This document shows positions 1 through 14,000 of a stretch of 64,000 nt of DNA, piece by piece (position 1 is the first letter of the stretch; the number at the start of each line of letters is the position of its first letter). The notes under the pieces are model-generated. The model saw nothing but the letters and a program-made list of their open reading frames with translations. It searched no databases and was not told where the DNA came from. Position numbers and translations under genes: made by a program. The stretch comes from Rhizaria sp. SCN 62-66 (taxonomy: Eukaryota), in NCBI GenBank assembly GCA_001724265.1, contig MEDY01000297.1, forward strand, positions 1 through 64,000. The letters are read 5' to 3'.

Positions 1-95
1 AGGCTGGCCGTGTCGGTCTCCGCCACCGCATCACCAAGGAGGACGCCATGAAGTGGTTCCTCGCCAAGTTCCAGGACTCCCAGATCAAGGATTAA
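1..95 (+). CDS. RPL11: 60S ribosomal protein L11 (uL5), 3' end, partial
   Basis: Frame 3 reads AGRVGLRHRITKEDAMKWFLAKFQDSQIKD*, matching the uL5 C-terminus (HRxTKEDAMKWF). Stop TAA at 93-95. Confidence 0.9.
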   Translation, partial: AGRVGLRHRITKEDAMKWFLAKFQDSQIKD

Positions 96-917
96 GCGCC
101 TCAACTCCGTGACGCTTACTCATAATGATGGCGTCTGAACAGCAACAACAACAGCTGCTGTTGCTGTCCGGGCGTTGTTTCTTCGATCGAAAACGCGCAA
201 AAGGATCTCCATTCTCGTCAATTCTTTTGCAAAATTGGGTGTGAAAATAAAAAAATATCAAATTCAAAACCTGTATTCCTCTCTATTGTATCATCATTCC
301 GTCTTGCGACCCTCAATGAGAGTGCTAGTGAGCTTGCGCTGCTTCGGCCCCAGTCGGCTGGCCGGTGAGCCGAGACCGAGCGGATCGAGGAGAGCGGGGC
401 TGATTTGACATAAGTGTTACACGCGCCAACTCCATTGGAAGCGCGGTTTGGCTGCAGTTTGAAATGACTCGTTGCATATAGTACTTGCTATTTCAATGTT
501 TTGCTCGTTGGCGATTGTCTTGTACGGCGTTTTCCGCTTTGCGAAGCGTGGCAGGTTGGATTCGCTTGCTGTTGCGAATCAGGTTCTTTACTGCTCTGTC
601 CCACACTCTGCTCTTCACGGCAATGCATCTTAGGCCAAATTTTGTTTTTGAATTGCAGCATCACTCACTAAAACACTCTGATTTTTTCTTTCTACCTTCA
701 TATCCCCCATCGTTTCCGCTGCCGAAGTCCGTCGCCTCTCCTCACCTACTCGACAGAGAGCCCAGGTGCACACCGCGCAGCCCTCGCTCGGTTCCCCGCT
801 TACTGTCTGCTCTCTCGCGTCCTTTTCCCCCTGCGCAGCACCTCCCACTGCGTCACCCTCTCCGACACCAGCACCTCCGCGGTTTTTCTTCCCCCTTGCC
901 GCCCTCTCCCGTTTGCG

Positions 918-3900
918 ATGGGTTGCGTCTTTTCCGATCAGCGTGACTTTAAGGTTAGTCCACAGCCTTTTTCACGGTGATAAATTCAAAGAACCCCACA
1001 CTTTCACGTCTTCACTCCTTAGCATTCCGACGTTTTTTTACGCTTCAATGTCTTTGCAAACTCGTATTTCCCCATACCATTCTTATGCCCCTGTTCTATA
1101 CCCATCTTTGCGTCTACGTCTGTTGCCAACCTCATGCTTTCCACGTTGCCTCGCTTCTGCTCGCCTCCACAGGTCAGCGCGTTCCAGCGCACGCGTTTCG
1201 CGTTGGGCATGCGTCCTGAGGACATTGAGCAGCTGCAATCTGCGCTCAAAATCGCGCACTACGAGGCGGATGAGGCGCTCTTCGTCGAGGGCTCGCCGGC
1301 GAGTCACTTCTACATCCTCATCGAGGGCGAGGTCGAGCTCAACCGCCTCAACAAGGAAGGCGTTGAGGAGTTCGTCATGCTGCGCCGCGCTGGCGACTCC
1401 GTGGGCGACTCGGCGCTGTCGCACGACCCCAACGCCAAGTACAGCGTGACAGCGCTCGCGGCAGAGCCCACCTCGGTGCTGGTGGCCTCGCGGGCCGACT
1501 TCGCGTCCTTCTTCGCGCGCAATCGCCCCGAGCTGCGCAAGGAGTGGGAGTCGATGCTCGGCGAGAGCGTCTTCCAGTGGCTGCGGCGCGTCGACTTCAT
1601 GAAGGACATCCAGGACTGGCTGCTGCTGGTGCTCGCGAACCTCTTCACCTACGTCGTCGCAGTCCCCGGGCAGCGCGTGATCAAGCAGGACGTGGCTGAC
1701 TCGCGCTCCATGTTCATCGTCGTCAAGGGCAAGCTGCGTGAGCACCACCGCGAGTCGGACGAGCTCTCGGTTGCGTTGGGCGATATCCGGCCCGGACAGT
1801 ACTTCGGCGAGATGGCCATGATCATCGACATCCCCCGCATGTCCACCGTCGAGGCCGTCGAGCCCACGCTGCTGCTCGAGCTCCCCGTGTCCAGTTTCCA
1901 GGACTTCCTCAACCTCGCGCCCCAGGTCCAGTCCGTGTTTGCCGTGCTTGCCAAGCACCGCATCACACACCAGATCGAGAAGTCGGCTGTGCCCTTCTTC
2001 CGCTCTATTCCCCAGGTACGCATCGCACGCTGTATCACAGACGTTGAGCTGTATCCACAGTGTATATGCATGTTTTTGGGGTAATTATATGATTTTCAGT
2101 TTTATATTGTGTTTATTTGGCGAAATATTTCATTTTTGTATCAAAATACTAACATATATACCATATACCTATATCTTATACTCTGACGCACACACAGGAA
2201 CACATGTCCGAGCTGGCCGACGCCGCTGACCTGGTCCACGCCGAGCCGGGCGAAGTGATCATCCACGAGGGCGAGACGTCGTCGAGCTTCTACCTGATCA
2301 TGTACGGCGAGGCCGATGTCGTGGTCAAGGGCACCACGGTGGCCACGCTCAAGGTTGGCCAGTACTTCGGCGAGGTCGGGCTCGTGTCCGACACGCCCCG
2401 CACGGCCACGGTCGTCGCGCGCAAGAAGTCCGTTCTCTTCGTGTTCGGCCGCGAGGAGTTCGCGTCCTTTTTCAACGGCCACCCGGAGGCCTACGCCGAG
2501 TTCACGGTCAAGCTGCTGCGTGACAAGACTAGCATCGAGCCCATCCTGGCACACCCGGTCACGCGCTCCTTCCTCCGCAGGTTCTGCGAGAAGGAAATGT
2601 CCTCAGAGAACGTCGACTTTTACGGCGTCGTTGAGAGCTTCCGCCGCCACGCCGTCATCCTGCAGTACGTTGACTTACAACCAATAACAAGAAACTACTT
2701 TAAATGAAGATTGATGTTTATCAATGTGAATTTGCGAAATTATATGACGCTTATAGTTTTCGATACTTTTGTAAAATATTTACCTCCGACATTGTAACCT
2801 CACCGATATATCCCCACTTATGTTTTTTTCTTCTTTGTTTCCTCCCTGCGCAGATACGAGTACGAGACGCGCGTGTGGGAGCGCTACGTGCGCCAGCAAG
2901 AGGGCCACCGCCGCTCGCTCTTTGCCTCCGGCGGCTCCTTCAACGCCGGCAGCGGCCACCCCGGCGCGGCTGCGAAGCCTGCGCTTAGACAGTGCGCGGA
3001 CGCCGAGGCCGTGGGGCTCTACAGCGTGGGCCCCGACACCGAGGGCGGCGCCAGCAGCGGCAACGGCAACACGGTGCGGCGGCAGAGCATGGCGACGCTG
3101 ATGGCGCTGGCCGAGCTGGCGGCGGCATCGGCGGCGCACGCTTCACTGGCCATCCCCGACGACGTCACGGGCACGGCCTCGAGCGCTGGCGCCCCTGCAG
3201 GGTTCACGGGGCCCGCCGCCGCCGCGCCTGCGGGCTCGGTCACCGGCTCTGGCTCTGGCTCCGGCTCCGTCATCCACAACATCTACACCGCGAGCGGCAA
3301 CACGAACACAAACACGGCCACGGGCGCGCACGCCAGCAGCGTTACGCCCGCCGGCCTGGGCTACACTTACTCCGGTGCATCCCACCACACCAGCGCCAGC
3401 GGGACCACGGCTAACAGCGGCAACTCCAGCTCGGGCGCCGCGGGCGGGACCTCGGTCTCGGGTTCCGGCCTGAACCTCCCCGCGGGCGCCCTTGGCTCCG
3501 CGTCCGGCGCGCCGTACTACATCGACGACCCCTCGCTGGCAGCCTCAGGTGCGTTCGACCTGCCGCGCCGGCCGCAGAGCACGTCCAAGCTGATGCGCCA
3601 CATCACCGGCGCCGGCGCCAACAGCGGTACGCTCACAGGCAGCGGCGGCAGCACTGTGGGCTCGGCCAGCAACACGCTCGCGGGCCGCAAGGACGGCTCG
3701 CTGTCGATTGTCAACAACAGCTACACTGTCAACACGAGCGGCGTCGCGGGCGCCGCGGGCCCCGGGGGCGCTAGTCCCATCGCGGGCGCCGGCAGCTTCA
3801 ACTCTAACGCCGCCACGGGGAACCCCGCTTTGCGGCTGCCGTCGCGCTCCACGGCGCAATCGCATTCGCTGCGGCCGCTGCAGCCGCAGCTGCCGCTGCC

Positions 3901-5845
3901 CAGCGTCGTCGTCAGCTCTCGCGACTCGCAGTCGCTCTCGTCGCAGTCGTCCGCGTCGTTCAACAACGGCAGCAACCCTGCCGTGAGTCCCGGCGACGTG
4001 CAGCTCACGGACCTCAGTCCCTCGAGCGCCAACGCTGCCCACGGCACTCGTGGGGGCGCTCATGGGGTCGGTCCCTCCGGTTCCCCGGCGCCGCCCGCGC
4101 AGCCGCTGCCGCCGCGCCCGCCCGCGGGCTCGTCGATGACGCTCACGCCCACTTCTGCCTCCCACAACAACAACGCTCACAGGAACAACATGGTGAGCGT
4201 CCAGGACTCTGTCGACTCCGAGGGCGATGTCATTTCCCCCTTGCCCGGCGGCGGCAACGACCTGGCCCGGATCCCGGGCGTCGGCCACGGCGGCGGTGAC
4301 CTCGAGGACGGCGCGCGTGGCGCTCACGGCCAGTTCGACGACGTGCAGGGCCGGCCCCAGGGCTCGAACCGCTCACAGTCGCTGCACGTACACCCGTCGC
4401 TGCTCTCGCACACGCGCAACAACAACAACAACGGCGGCGGCGGCAGTGCGAGCGTCAACGCGGCCCGCAACAGCAGCAGCGGCGGCGCGAACCCCGGGTC
4501 GTTCTCGACGACGACGCCACCGTCGCTGCCGCTGCCGATGCTGCCGCCGCAGCGCCCCGAGCCGGCGATGCCGCGCAAGTCGCTGATGCTGCGCCACATG
4601 ACCTCCCCGTCGAGCGCTAACGGAGGCAACGCCGGACCCACGGGTTCCGGCAGCGCGCGCGGCTCGCCCCCGGCCGCGGGCGCGCACGGCCACTTCCCGC
4701 CCAACGACTCGGCCGCCGCGGCCGCGACCCCCAGCGGCGGCAGCCAGAGCTACAACGCGGCACGGCTGTCGCAGCTGTTGGACCGCGCCGCCTCCGTCCC
4801 GCCCGCCGCGGGCTCCGGCGCCGGCGCCCTGGCTGGCATCGAGCCCCTCGCGGTGGTCCACGAGGGCGCCTCCCCGGTCTCCGGTGGCGGCAACGGCTAC
4901 AGCAACAGCGTCAGCGTCAACGTCAACGTCAACGTGAACGCCGTCCACAGTGCCGCCGCGAGTCCGCTCCACGCCTCGGCCGCGCCCACGCCGTGCTTCG
5001 GCTCCAGCTCCCACGGTACCGGGGGCAACAACGGCACCATCAGCGCGGGCCCCGCGTCCCCGACGGCCGGCGGCGCGACCCGCGGGTTCCGCTTCGACTA
5101 CCGGCTGTACTCGTACTCGCGGGCGATCATGGAGCCCGACGTCTTCACAGGCAAGACGCTGGCCGAGGCCGCGGTCGAGGTTTGGCGCAAGTATGTAGAG
5201 CCCGGCAAGGCCGACTACGAGGTGAACCTTAAGTCGAGCAACGTGAGCGCAGTCAAGACGGCGCTCAAGACGTACTTAGACGGGGATCTAAGCACCAAGA
5301 CGCCCATCGGCGCGGCTCCCGGCTACTATACCACGTATGGCATCACCTCTGACAACAATGACGGCACTGACGCCAAGAGCGACGAGACCAACAGTAGCAA
5401 CAAGCCGAGTAGCTCAGCTGCCTCTGCCGCCGCCCCCTCTGCCTCCGCCGCTTACGACCAGGACGCCGACGACGAGGCCGTGGCGTCTGCGCTGCAGTTC
5501 GACGACGAGGGCTACCCGCTCTTCCCGCCGCCGCCGTCGTTCGTGGGGCTGGACCCGCTGGTGTTCGAGAGCTCGCAGACGGAGATCGTGTTCCTGATGC
5601 GGGACACGCTCGCGCGCTTTAAGGCCGCGCCGCTCTTCTCCGAGATGCTCGCCGCAATCGGCTCCTACGACGTCGCCACGCAGTCCCAGGGCTGGGCGGC
5701 AGACAAGGTCGCGCAGTCGCTGCAGAACACCGGTACTGGCAGCGGCGGCAGCGGCAACAACCATAGCAGCGGCACTGGGAGCAGCAGCGGCAACGGGGCG
5801 GTGACGCCGTCGCACGCCAACATGCGCCGGACGACCATGGGCTAA
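918..5845 (+). CDS. Protein with three cyclic-nucleotide-binding domains and a split RGS domain (~1445 aa)
   Basis: Exons 918-953, 1173-2015, 2198-2664 and 2854-5845 join in frame. N-terminus MGCVFS. cNMP motifs FYILIEGEV, GQYFGEMA..PRMSTV and GQYFGEVG..PRTATV. RGS segments FCEKEMSSENVDFY, WRKYV..YEVNL and VFESSQTEIVFLMRDTLARF. Stop TAA. Confidence 0.85.
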
Positions 5846-7627
5846 GTGTGCTGCTGTGAGTTATCAACTTACAACTGTAAGGGGGTAAGATTTCTTAGAT
5901 ATGATCTAAGAGAGTACTTAGACTGGGTTATGACTGCCCAGAATAACTACTGGTACAATTGAGGTTTTGCAACATGCTTGATGTGAAGTATGTTTGCAAC
6001 ACTAAGTGCGAATTTCTACAATTAAGAGCTTACAAACTTACGATGGATGCATTATTTTGTCTTGTGTCTTCATGGTACTGACCTGATGATCGTAATTGTA
6101 ACTGCTGTTTCTGTTTCTGTCTCCAATTTCTGCTACCTGCCGACACTTTCCTGTGCCCATCAGGCCTCTTGTCTGGGAGGTCTATGTCGTTCTCCATGTT
6201 CATAGTAGCCATTGTCAATCTGGCTGAAAAATCAGATATGTTATATTTGACAGCATCAAATATACAGATCTAAGGAATTAAATTGAAGAGAGATCCTTCA
6301 ACCCGTCCCCCCTCGTCAAAATCCTTCCGGGCATCATGAAGCTGTCAGCAGGTATCTGTTGTTCCTATTCCTCGTTTCTATCTTCCCACGCAAGTCTCTC
6401 TAGCCAGTCAGGTCAGTCGTCTTGGTCTCTTTTGCCTTGCCACGTCACGCTGCTTAGAGCCACTTACACAGTAGTTATAGACTACCCACGGGCTGTTGTC
6501 ACTTTGTTCACTTGTTCAGAGTCACAACTCAGCGTTACTATTACTGAATTCCAAACGACTACGTAGATGTTTATTTCTTTTGACTCTCTTCTTTTTTTCC
6601 TGTGCTGTGTCAGATCTTTGTATTTGACTCCATTTCTTTCCGTTTTACGATAATTACAACAATATACCACGAAGTTTCGTTTCTATTCAATCCCCCGTTG
6701 TCATTGCTTTGCGGTTGCTCGTTCGTTTGCTCACATGATCGTTTGGGTTTTGTTTCTAACGATTTGTCTTTTAAATAGTGAGTCATGCAGAAGTATAAGA
6801 GAGTTATATGTGTGTAATATTGCAGGTTGCTTGATTTATTCTGCTTTTACTCCTGTGTGCGTTCGATGTCTGTTCAATTAGTCTTGTTTTCTTTACCTTG
6901 CTTTTGTACTTTGTTGTTCTACCTGGGTGCTGTCGCGATGATTATTGCTTGCTGCCACTGCTGTTTTTGTGCGAAGTTACTGCCGTAGTTGTGTGCACGC
7001 TGGTGATATGGCGACTGAAATCGCCGTATCACTGCGGTAGGTGCTGCTGGTGCTGTTGCTGCTACTGTTGCAACTGTTGTTAAACAGTTGTAGTGGCAGC
7101 CACAATCACACTATGACTGCCATAGTTGTTATCACAACTGTCGGCAGCGCGTTTTATCCGTATCACACACAACTGTCACTGAAATTGCGATTTCTCACAA
7201 TGAATGGCAGGAGTGCCTTAACTTGCTTTTATGTTTTATGTTAATTTTTTTTCTTCGTTGTATCGTGCTTCTGCTTTGAGTTTTGTTTTAAAAAAATTGT
7301 TTTTGCCGTGGCTTGATATATTTTCACGTTTGGTTACCGCCTTGTTGCGCTCCATACACACCATATCCCACATGACTTCGTTCTTTCGAACGTTTAGTTT
7401 AGTTCGTAGTTGATATGAGCCTGCTTAAAAGCGGGTGATATAACGATTATACTGTATTTTTTTTTGTTATTAACATTATTTTCGGATGTTTATATTTTCA
7501 AAACTAACATATAATATCATTAATATGATTATTATCCCTTTTAAATAAACTTCTCCAACTCATCCCAAAGATCGATCATTGGCTCCGATCCCGCCCTGAC
7601 GCTCAGTAGTAGAAGCGTTGCCCTTGC

Positions 7628-8953
7628 TTACATGTGCTCGGCACTGCCGCTGGTGGCGCGCATGCGGTTGCCGCCGTTGCTGCGGAAGTCGCCGTCGCCG
7701 TCATGCTCGCGGTCGCGGTCGCGGCGGCGCATGGCCATGTCCATGCGCACGTTCTCCAGGCCCTCGACCTGCACGCGCGCGCGGAACTCCTCGCGGCGCT
7801 TCGAGCGCTGCGCGAGCTTCTCCTGTAGGGCCGCAAGGCAAAAGCAAAACGAGCAAATGAGAGAGAGAGAGAGAGAGAGAGAAGTATGAGGATAATCACG
7901 TGATGAAGATTGCTGTAGCTCAATTTTGAAGAACATTGACACAAACATAAATAGCGACATAATACGCGACTGTTAGTATCCGCCGCAGTTATCTATATGC
8001 CGTCAAATCTTCGACGTAAGAATGTAAGAGAGACGTACCTGGTGCTCCTCGAGCTCCTTCTTGACGAGCGACTTGTTGACCTCCATCGCCGTGTCGAGCA
8101 GCGGGAACACGCCCGCGGTCACAGGAACCCAGCCCACGTAGTCAGGCGCCTGGTAGCGCACCATAAACTGGTATGCGCCGTAGTGGTCCAGCGCCTCGGC
8201 CTCGGGGTGCATGACGATGTCGGCGGCCGAGACGTGGTGGAACTTGGCGTCGCGGATCACAGCTAGGATGTCGGCCTTGGTCACCGGGTTCACCACCGCG
8301 AGGGACTCGCTCTTGGCGTTGACGGCCTGGCGGCGGAAGCGCCAGTTGAGGCGCTGGATGACGTTGGCGCCGGCATCAAAGAACGGGTGCTTTGGGCCCG
8401 AAAGCGCCTCCTGCTTGGACGCGGCGTCGGCGTCGGCGTCGGCCGTGGCGAGCGCCTCGACGTCGATGTTGTGGCGCACGAACATCAGCTCGCGGTTCTC
8501 GGGGGTAGCGTAGAGAGCGAGGCCCTTGGGGATGAGGTGGTTGCGGCCAAAGCCGTGCTTGACATGAATCTTGTCGCCAAGCTTACCGAGGCCGGCAACG
8601 TCCTGCAGAGAAGAGAAACGCGATGCGATGCGGGAATGGGGTTGTGTTCGATTGAGGGGAATGATGCGGGGCAAAATGAAGAGAAAATAGGAAAATAAAA
8701 GTATATTTGTGTAGAAGAATGAGTAAAGTAAGTACACCAACGATTTCATGCCGATTTAAGTTAATAGTAGAGCGACACAAAGGTGATAAGCAAGGCTTGC
8801 GTGAGGATGAGGAAAGCCAGAATGCAAGAACGCTTGAGAACGTACCTGGGTGAGGTAGACGGAGAGAGGGGCCTTCTGCGTAGCGGTACGGAGAGGAATA
8901 GAAATGACGCGCGACATAGCCGTCGCAGCGGCACGGCAGTGCGTACGAAGCAT
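7628..8953 (-). CDS. MRPL9: Organellar (probably mitochondrial) ribosomal protein bL9
   Basis: Exons 8953-8846, 8602-8039 and 7822-7628. Arg/Ala-rich transit-like N-terminus [10 protein letters not shown], then the L9 N-domain [34 protein letters not shown]. Stop TAA. Confidence 0.85.
7859..7882. repeat. (GA)n microsatellite in the last bL9 intron
   Basis: Visible gagagaga run of about 12 units. Confidence 0.9.
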
Positions 8954-11084
8954 GGTTGTGTTGTGGGTTGTGGCGAGGAGCGAACGACACCGAGCGGGGA
9001 AGGGCAGAGGCTTAAAAGAGAGACACAAAGGACCTTATCCGCGACGGATGGAGGAAGTTTGAATCAACTACTCAAAAAAGAGCGTGGAAAACAACCCAAC
9101 TCTTTTCACAAACTCTCTATCAACGGAAGTTCCCCGTCACCACAGACATTTTCCCGCGCACCGCGCCCCAAACACACGGGCTCCAACCGGTCCGGCTTAG
9201 CTTTTTTGAGAAGAGTGGCTCCGAGCAGCGCTCGCACCCTCATCTGGTCTCACCTCACAGAGATAAATAAAACTGATCAAATATTTGTGCATTGTGTATT
9301 TCTATATTATTCTGTATCATATATCATTTTCGTGCCGATAATCGATCCACTTCATCATTTACCATCGCAACGTTTCCTGTTTCCCCCTGTTCAGGCCATT
9401 CACAATTCTGTGATCCGCCGCTTCTTCCCCGCGACATGAATACTTGAGCTGTTTCACTATCACTCTCACGATCATGATGTTTCAGCAGTGGCGTTTTGCG
9501 ACGCGAGCTTACAAACTCCGCCCCCTCGTCTGGCTGACTTAAGGTCCTTCAAGCTCAATCGCAAGAGCGAACAGGCAAGCATTGTAAAGGAAACGGCCCC
9601 CATGCTCAAAGCTTGATGCTCTACTTGCGCTCGCTAAATTGCAAGCTGCGACTGCGAAGCTCGCATACGCAAAGGCTCAAGTCGAGTTTCAGGCTGAGAT
9701 TCAGATGGCTTCGCTGGAGCCCTGAAAGCGAGGCGATGCCCAAAGATAACATTGAGGTAACTAGTCAGTCGAAACAGAGTCAGTTCGTGCAAGCGAAGAC
9801 ACACTCAAAAGAGCTTAACGCGCTTCTTCGAAGCGCTCGCAGACTGTATCTCTCCGACCCTGCTGAGACTGACCCGCAGACTGTGCGCTATACGATTATA
9901 ATCGTCGCAATGCTCGTCGCAATGCGTCGTTTCTCATCGCGGCTTCGAGTCATGACGCTACGCTAACAACTCCGCGATCTAGAACGGCAAAAACAGTGAT
10001 GCATGCAGGTTTTACTTCACCGACATTTGGAACGCCAGCCAGATTCAGCAGGCCCTGTCAATCATGCTTAGCGACTGCGGCTCGGCGGGCCACGCAACCA
10101 ATGCTGACGCTGTGGCGGTGGACGAAGGCCTGGTTGGTGGCGATGTGCGACTGTTGATGTGGAAGTTTCGCCGCAATCATGAGATGTTCAAGGAGGGTCG
10201 TATCCTCGTGAGCGACAGCCTCGATGACCCTTTTCGTCCAGCTTCTGTTGCTTCCACGGTGAGTCGCATGGCGGACGATGACTTCGAGCTTTTAGGTTCT
10301 GTCGCCAAGGGTCTGGAGAAGATTTGTATCGACGGTGAGGATTTCTAAATGTCGATCTTTTGCTTTGCAACAGTATTCTGCGTCCTACGACATGTTTGTT
10401 AATCGGAATCACTGATCAATCAATGTGTGGTGAAACAGCTTTTCGCTTTTATATCAAATTTAGTCATCACATGCAGAATAAATTTTTCAAACGTATGACA
10501 AAAAAGGTTACCATTTTCCGATACAACGGGTTTGTATCTCGACATCATATTGTATAGGCATGCATCTCATCTCTATAACATATTTGCGCCAAGGTTCGGG
10601 CATGCGTCTCAAGAGCCGACCGATCTCTGGGAGAGCCGACGTCATTGTGATTAGTCGCCAGCGCGCGGGCCACTATACCTCCATCAATGCGGGCATTGGC
10701 CGCAGTTTGCGAAACAACCCACGCTTTGACACAACTTCATTTCTTTAATTTACCATCAGGCGTTGTCTTGGGGTCGATATCTGTTCCCTCGTTCCACCTC
10801 ACATCCACACTGTGGCCCTCAGCCTCAGCTTCTCACTCGCCTTTGCTCGAACCTTACGCATCCATAATTTGCTTCTGAGCGACAAAATCTCACCTGACCT
10901 TGTGATTTCTTCATTTTAAACCCTGCCACACTGCTTGCATGTGCACTGATGCCGTTATTTGCGCTCTTCCCGCGTCATCTCTCCCCCAGCTTTCTCGACT
11001 TTTCTCTCTCTCCAGCAAGAGTGCACCCACAAGGCCAAGGCACCGCCTGACTGCACGGCTCGATCCGCGTCTGTTGATCGTTTA

Positions 11085-14000
11085 ATGCGCGTCTTTTTAG
11101 CGCCAGCTGCAACAACACCGAGGCTGGGCTCCCCCCGCCTGCTGTTTGCGCTGCTTGTTTCCTTCCTCTTGGCTCTTGCTGCCACTGCGACTGCAACTTC
11201 GCTCACTGCCGACGACAACGATGACTACAAGATCATCAATGCGCACGTGCCCTACTACGAGTCTATCGAGGCCGGCACGTCCGTCAAGGTCCAGGTCGCG
11301 ATCGTCGAGTCCCCCCAGAAGGACAAGGGGCTGAGCTTCATCGTCGCCCCCACCGACGCCTCGGACCCAGAGCTGGAAGGCTTGCTCGACGGCGACACCG
11401 CCACGCACAAGGCCTCCTACGGCTACGGCGCCGACATCATCTACTTTTCCCCGACCGAGATTGCGGGTAAGCAGTTCGGTCAGTTCACCCTCCTCTGCCC
11501 CGCCACCGCGGCCGCCGCCTGCTCCGTGGGCTACCTGGCGACGTTCGAGCAGGCCGTGACGCTGGCCGACGGCCGGTCCGTGTACTCGTACCTGTCCAAG
11601 GGCGAGGTCGACTACTTCACCTTCACGCTCCCCGCGGACGTCGAATCGGCTGTGCTGTCCTTCACGCAGGCCAAGAACTACATCGACATCTACGCAAGCG
11701 CCACGGCCCACCCCACCTCTGAGACGGCGACGTGGAAGTCGCTGCACTCGAACCACCGCGCGCTCACCTTCACGGCCACCGACCTGGGCGCTACCCGCAC
11801 GGTGTACGTTACCGTCGAGGGCGCGGCCACCAACGCCGAGGAGGAGAGCGAGTACTCGATTGTCATCACCGCGGGCGCCACAGCCACCACTCTGCGCGAC
11901 GCCGTGCCGACAGAGGGCAAGATCACTGGCGCCGCCGACTCCGTCGCGGCGTACTACGCCTTCGAGGCCGCCACCGACGGCTGCGGGCTCAGCGTGGTTG
12001 TGACCCCGCGCTCAGGCGCCGTGCCGCTGCTCTACATCAACGACCCTGCGGCCGAGGCCGAGAAGACGCCTGGTACGTTCAAAGGACTTGTAGTCTTAAC
12101 ACAAAAATGGAGATATATCGGTGGTATAATAATATTTAAGACTTATTTTGATTTTTTAAATGTAATATATGGTTTTATATCTATATGTATATTTTCAATA
12201 TGATGAGTTGATATTTTCGCTCTGTGTGTTCTATTTTGTGTGTCATGTAGGTCCCGGTGCCGCTAACCACTCTGCGGTCTCGACTTCTGCCAGTGCCAAC
12301 TACCTCAACCTCAACACGGCCGTCGGCACTTACTATATCGGCGTGCACACCAACGCCACCAAGGACGCCGTCACGGCCGCCGCGGCGGACTTCACCGTGC
12401 TCGCGACCGTGCTGTGCCCGGACTCGAACGTCACGGCCGTGATGCTGACCGAAAGCAGCCCACAGGCCGGCTACGTGGCCACGGGCGCCTGGGCGTACTA
12501 CAAACTTTACGTGCCCGCCACGAACGCGAACAGGTCGGTGGTGATTGCGATCACGGCCAGCTCGGGCGACCCCGACCTCTTCGTCAAGACGGACAAGGAC
12601 GCCGACACCGGCGACGCGGCGCCCACTGCGGGTAACGCGCGCTGGTTCTCGATGGCGCACGGCCGCGACGTCGTGGTGATCGCGCCCAGCGACGCGCACT
12701 ACTGCACCGACTGCAGCTACCAGATCGCCGTCGAGGGGTACTTAGAGTCGGTGTACTTGATCACCGCGTCCAGCAGTGCCACGTACACCCCCCTGTCGCC
12801 CTCCCTCCCGCTCGAGGGCATCGTCGACCGCGACGAGGTCCAGTACTATACGGCCCGCCCCCCTGCCGGCTACACCGACGACTTGGCCTTCATCCTGACC
12901 AATTTGGGCTCCGGCGACCCTGATATCAGTATCCGCACGAGCCCGTTCGACCCCGCACAGTCGCCCCAGCAGCAGGCGCAGTGGCGCGGCGAGGCCACGG
13001 GCAGCGACCAGGTCATCATCGCCGCCGACGACGCGGACCGCTGCGTCAACACGGGCCTCAGCGACGACTCGTGCGCCTACTTCATCGCCATCACGGGGTA
13101 CCGCGCCACCGCCTACTCCCTACTCTTCGCCGTCGACCTGCCCATCATGCTCTCCGACGGCGCCGCGCAGTCCGCCTCGCTCGCTGCAAACAAGACGCGC
13201 GCCTTCATCGTCAAGATCCCCGACCCGGCCGCCCAGCGCGCGGTTTTTTCGGTTCAGGCACTGGGCGGCCGGCTCGAGGCGTACTTCGCGCGCGACGCGC
13301 TGCCCGACCCGGCCGACGACAAGACTTACGAGAGCGCGCAGGTGGGCGCCGACGCCAGCAAGGGCTACACCTTCGAGGTCACCGTGCCTGCGGATGCGCC
13401 CAAGTGCGCCGACGCCGGCGACTGCTATTACTTGGTGCTCGTAAAGGGCGTCTCTGACACGTGGTTCACCGTCACCGCCTCCATCCAGGTACGATATCCA
13501 GATCCACCCATATATGATCACAAAGCAAGGAATAACTCGTATATTTTGATAGATATGTTTTATTTTCACACTTTATTTTGTATTTTATTATACTATGCAA
13601 CTTTTATTGTGTTTCGACATCATCTATGCAATGTATTCTCATGTTTTTATTTTTGTTAACCATTGTTGTATTTTCGCGACTGTGTAGGGCTCCACGGACG
13701 TGTCTGTGGCGCTCCAGGACGGCGTTCCCACCCCGGGCACCCTGGCCGCGGGCAAGCTCGCTTACTACAGCATCCGCGTGACCGAGGCTGGCCGTTCTCT
13801 CGTGGTGATGGTGACACCCACAACTGGCGACCCCGACCTTTATGTGTCGAAGAAGGAGCCCTTCCCCAACTCCACCAACACGGACCCCGCGGAGCAGGCG
13901 CGCGCGTGGGGCGCCGACGCCATCGTCATCGACAACGCGGCCGTGGGGCTCTACTACATCGGCGTTGAGGCCGCGGGCAACGAGGCCGCGGTGTTCACCG

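Noticed and set aside
139-167. Hairpin after the RPL11 stop resembling a terminator
   Set aside because: Eukaryotic context; it arises from complementary CAA/CAG and TGT/TGC triplet runs.
5900-7560. Short ORFs in the AT-rich spacer
   Set aside because: No motifs or codon bias, and the frame I checked stays closed even with TAG read as sense.
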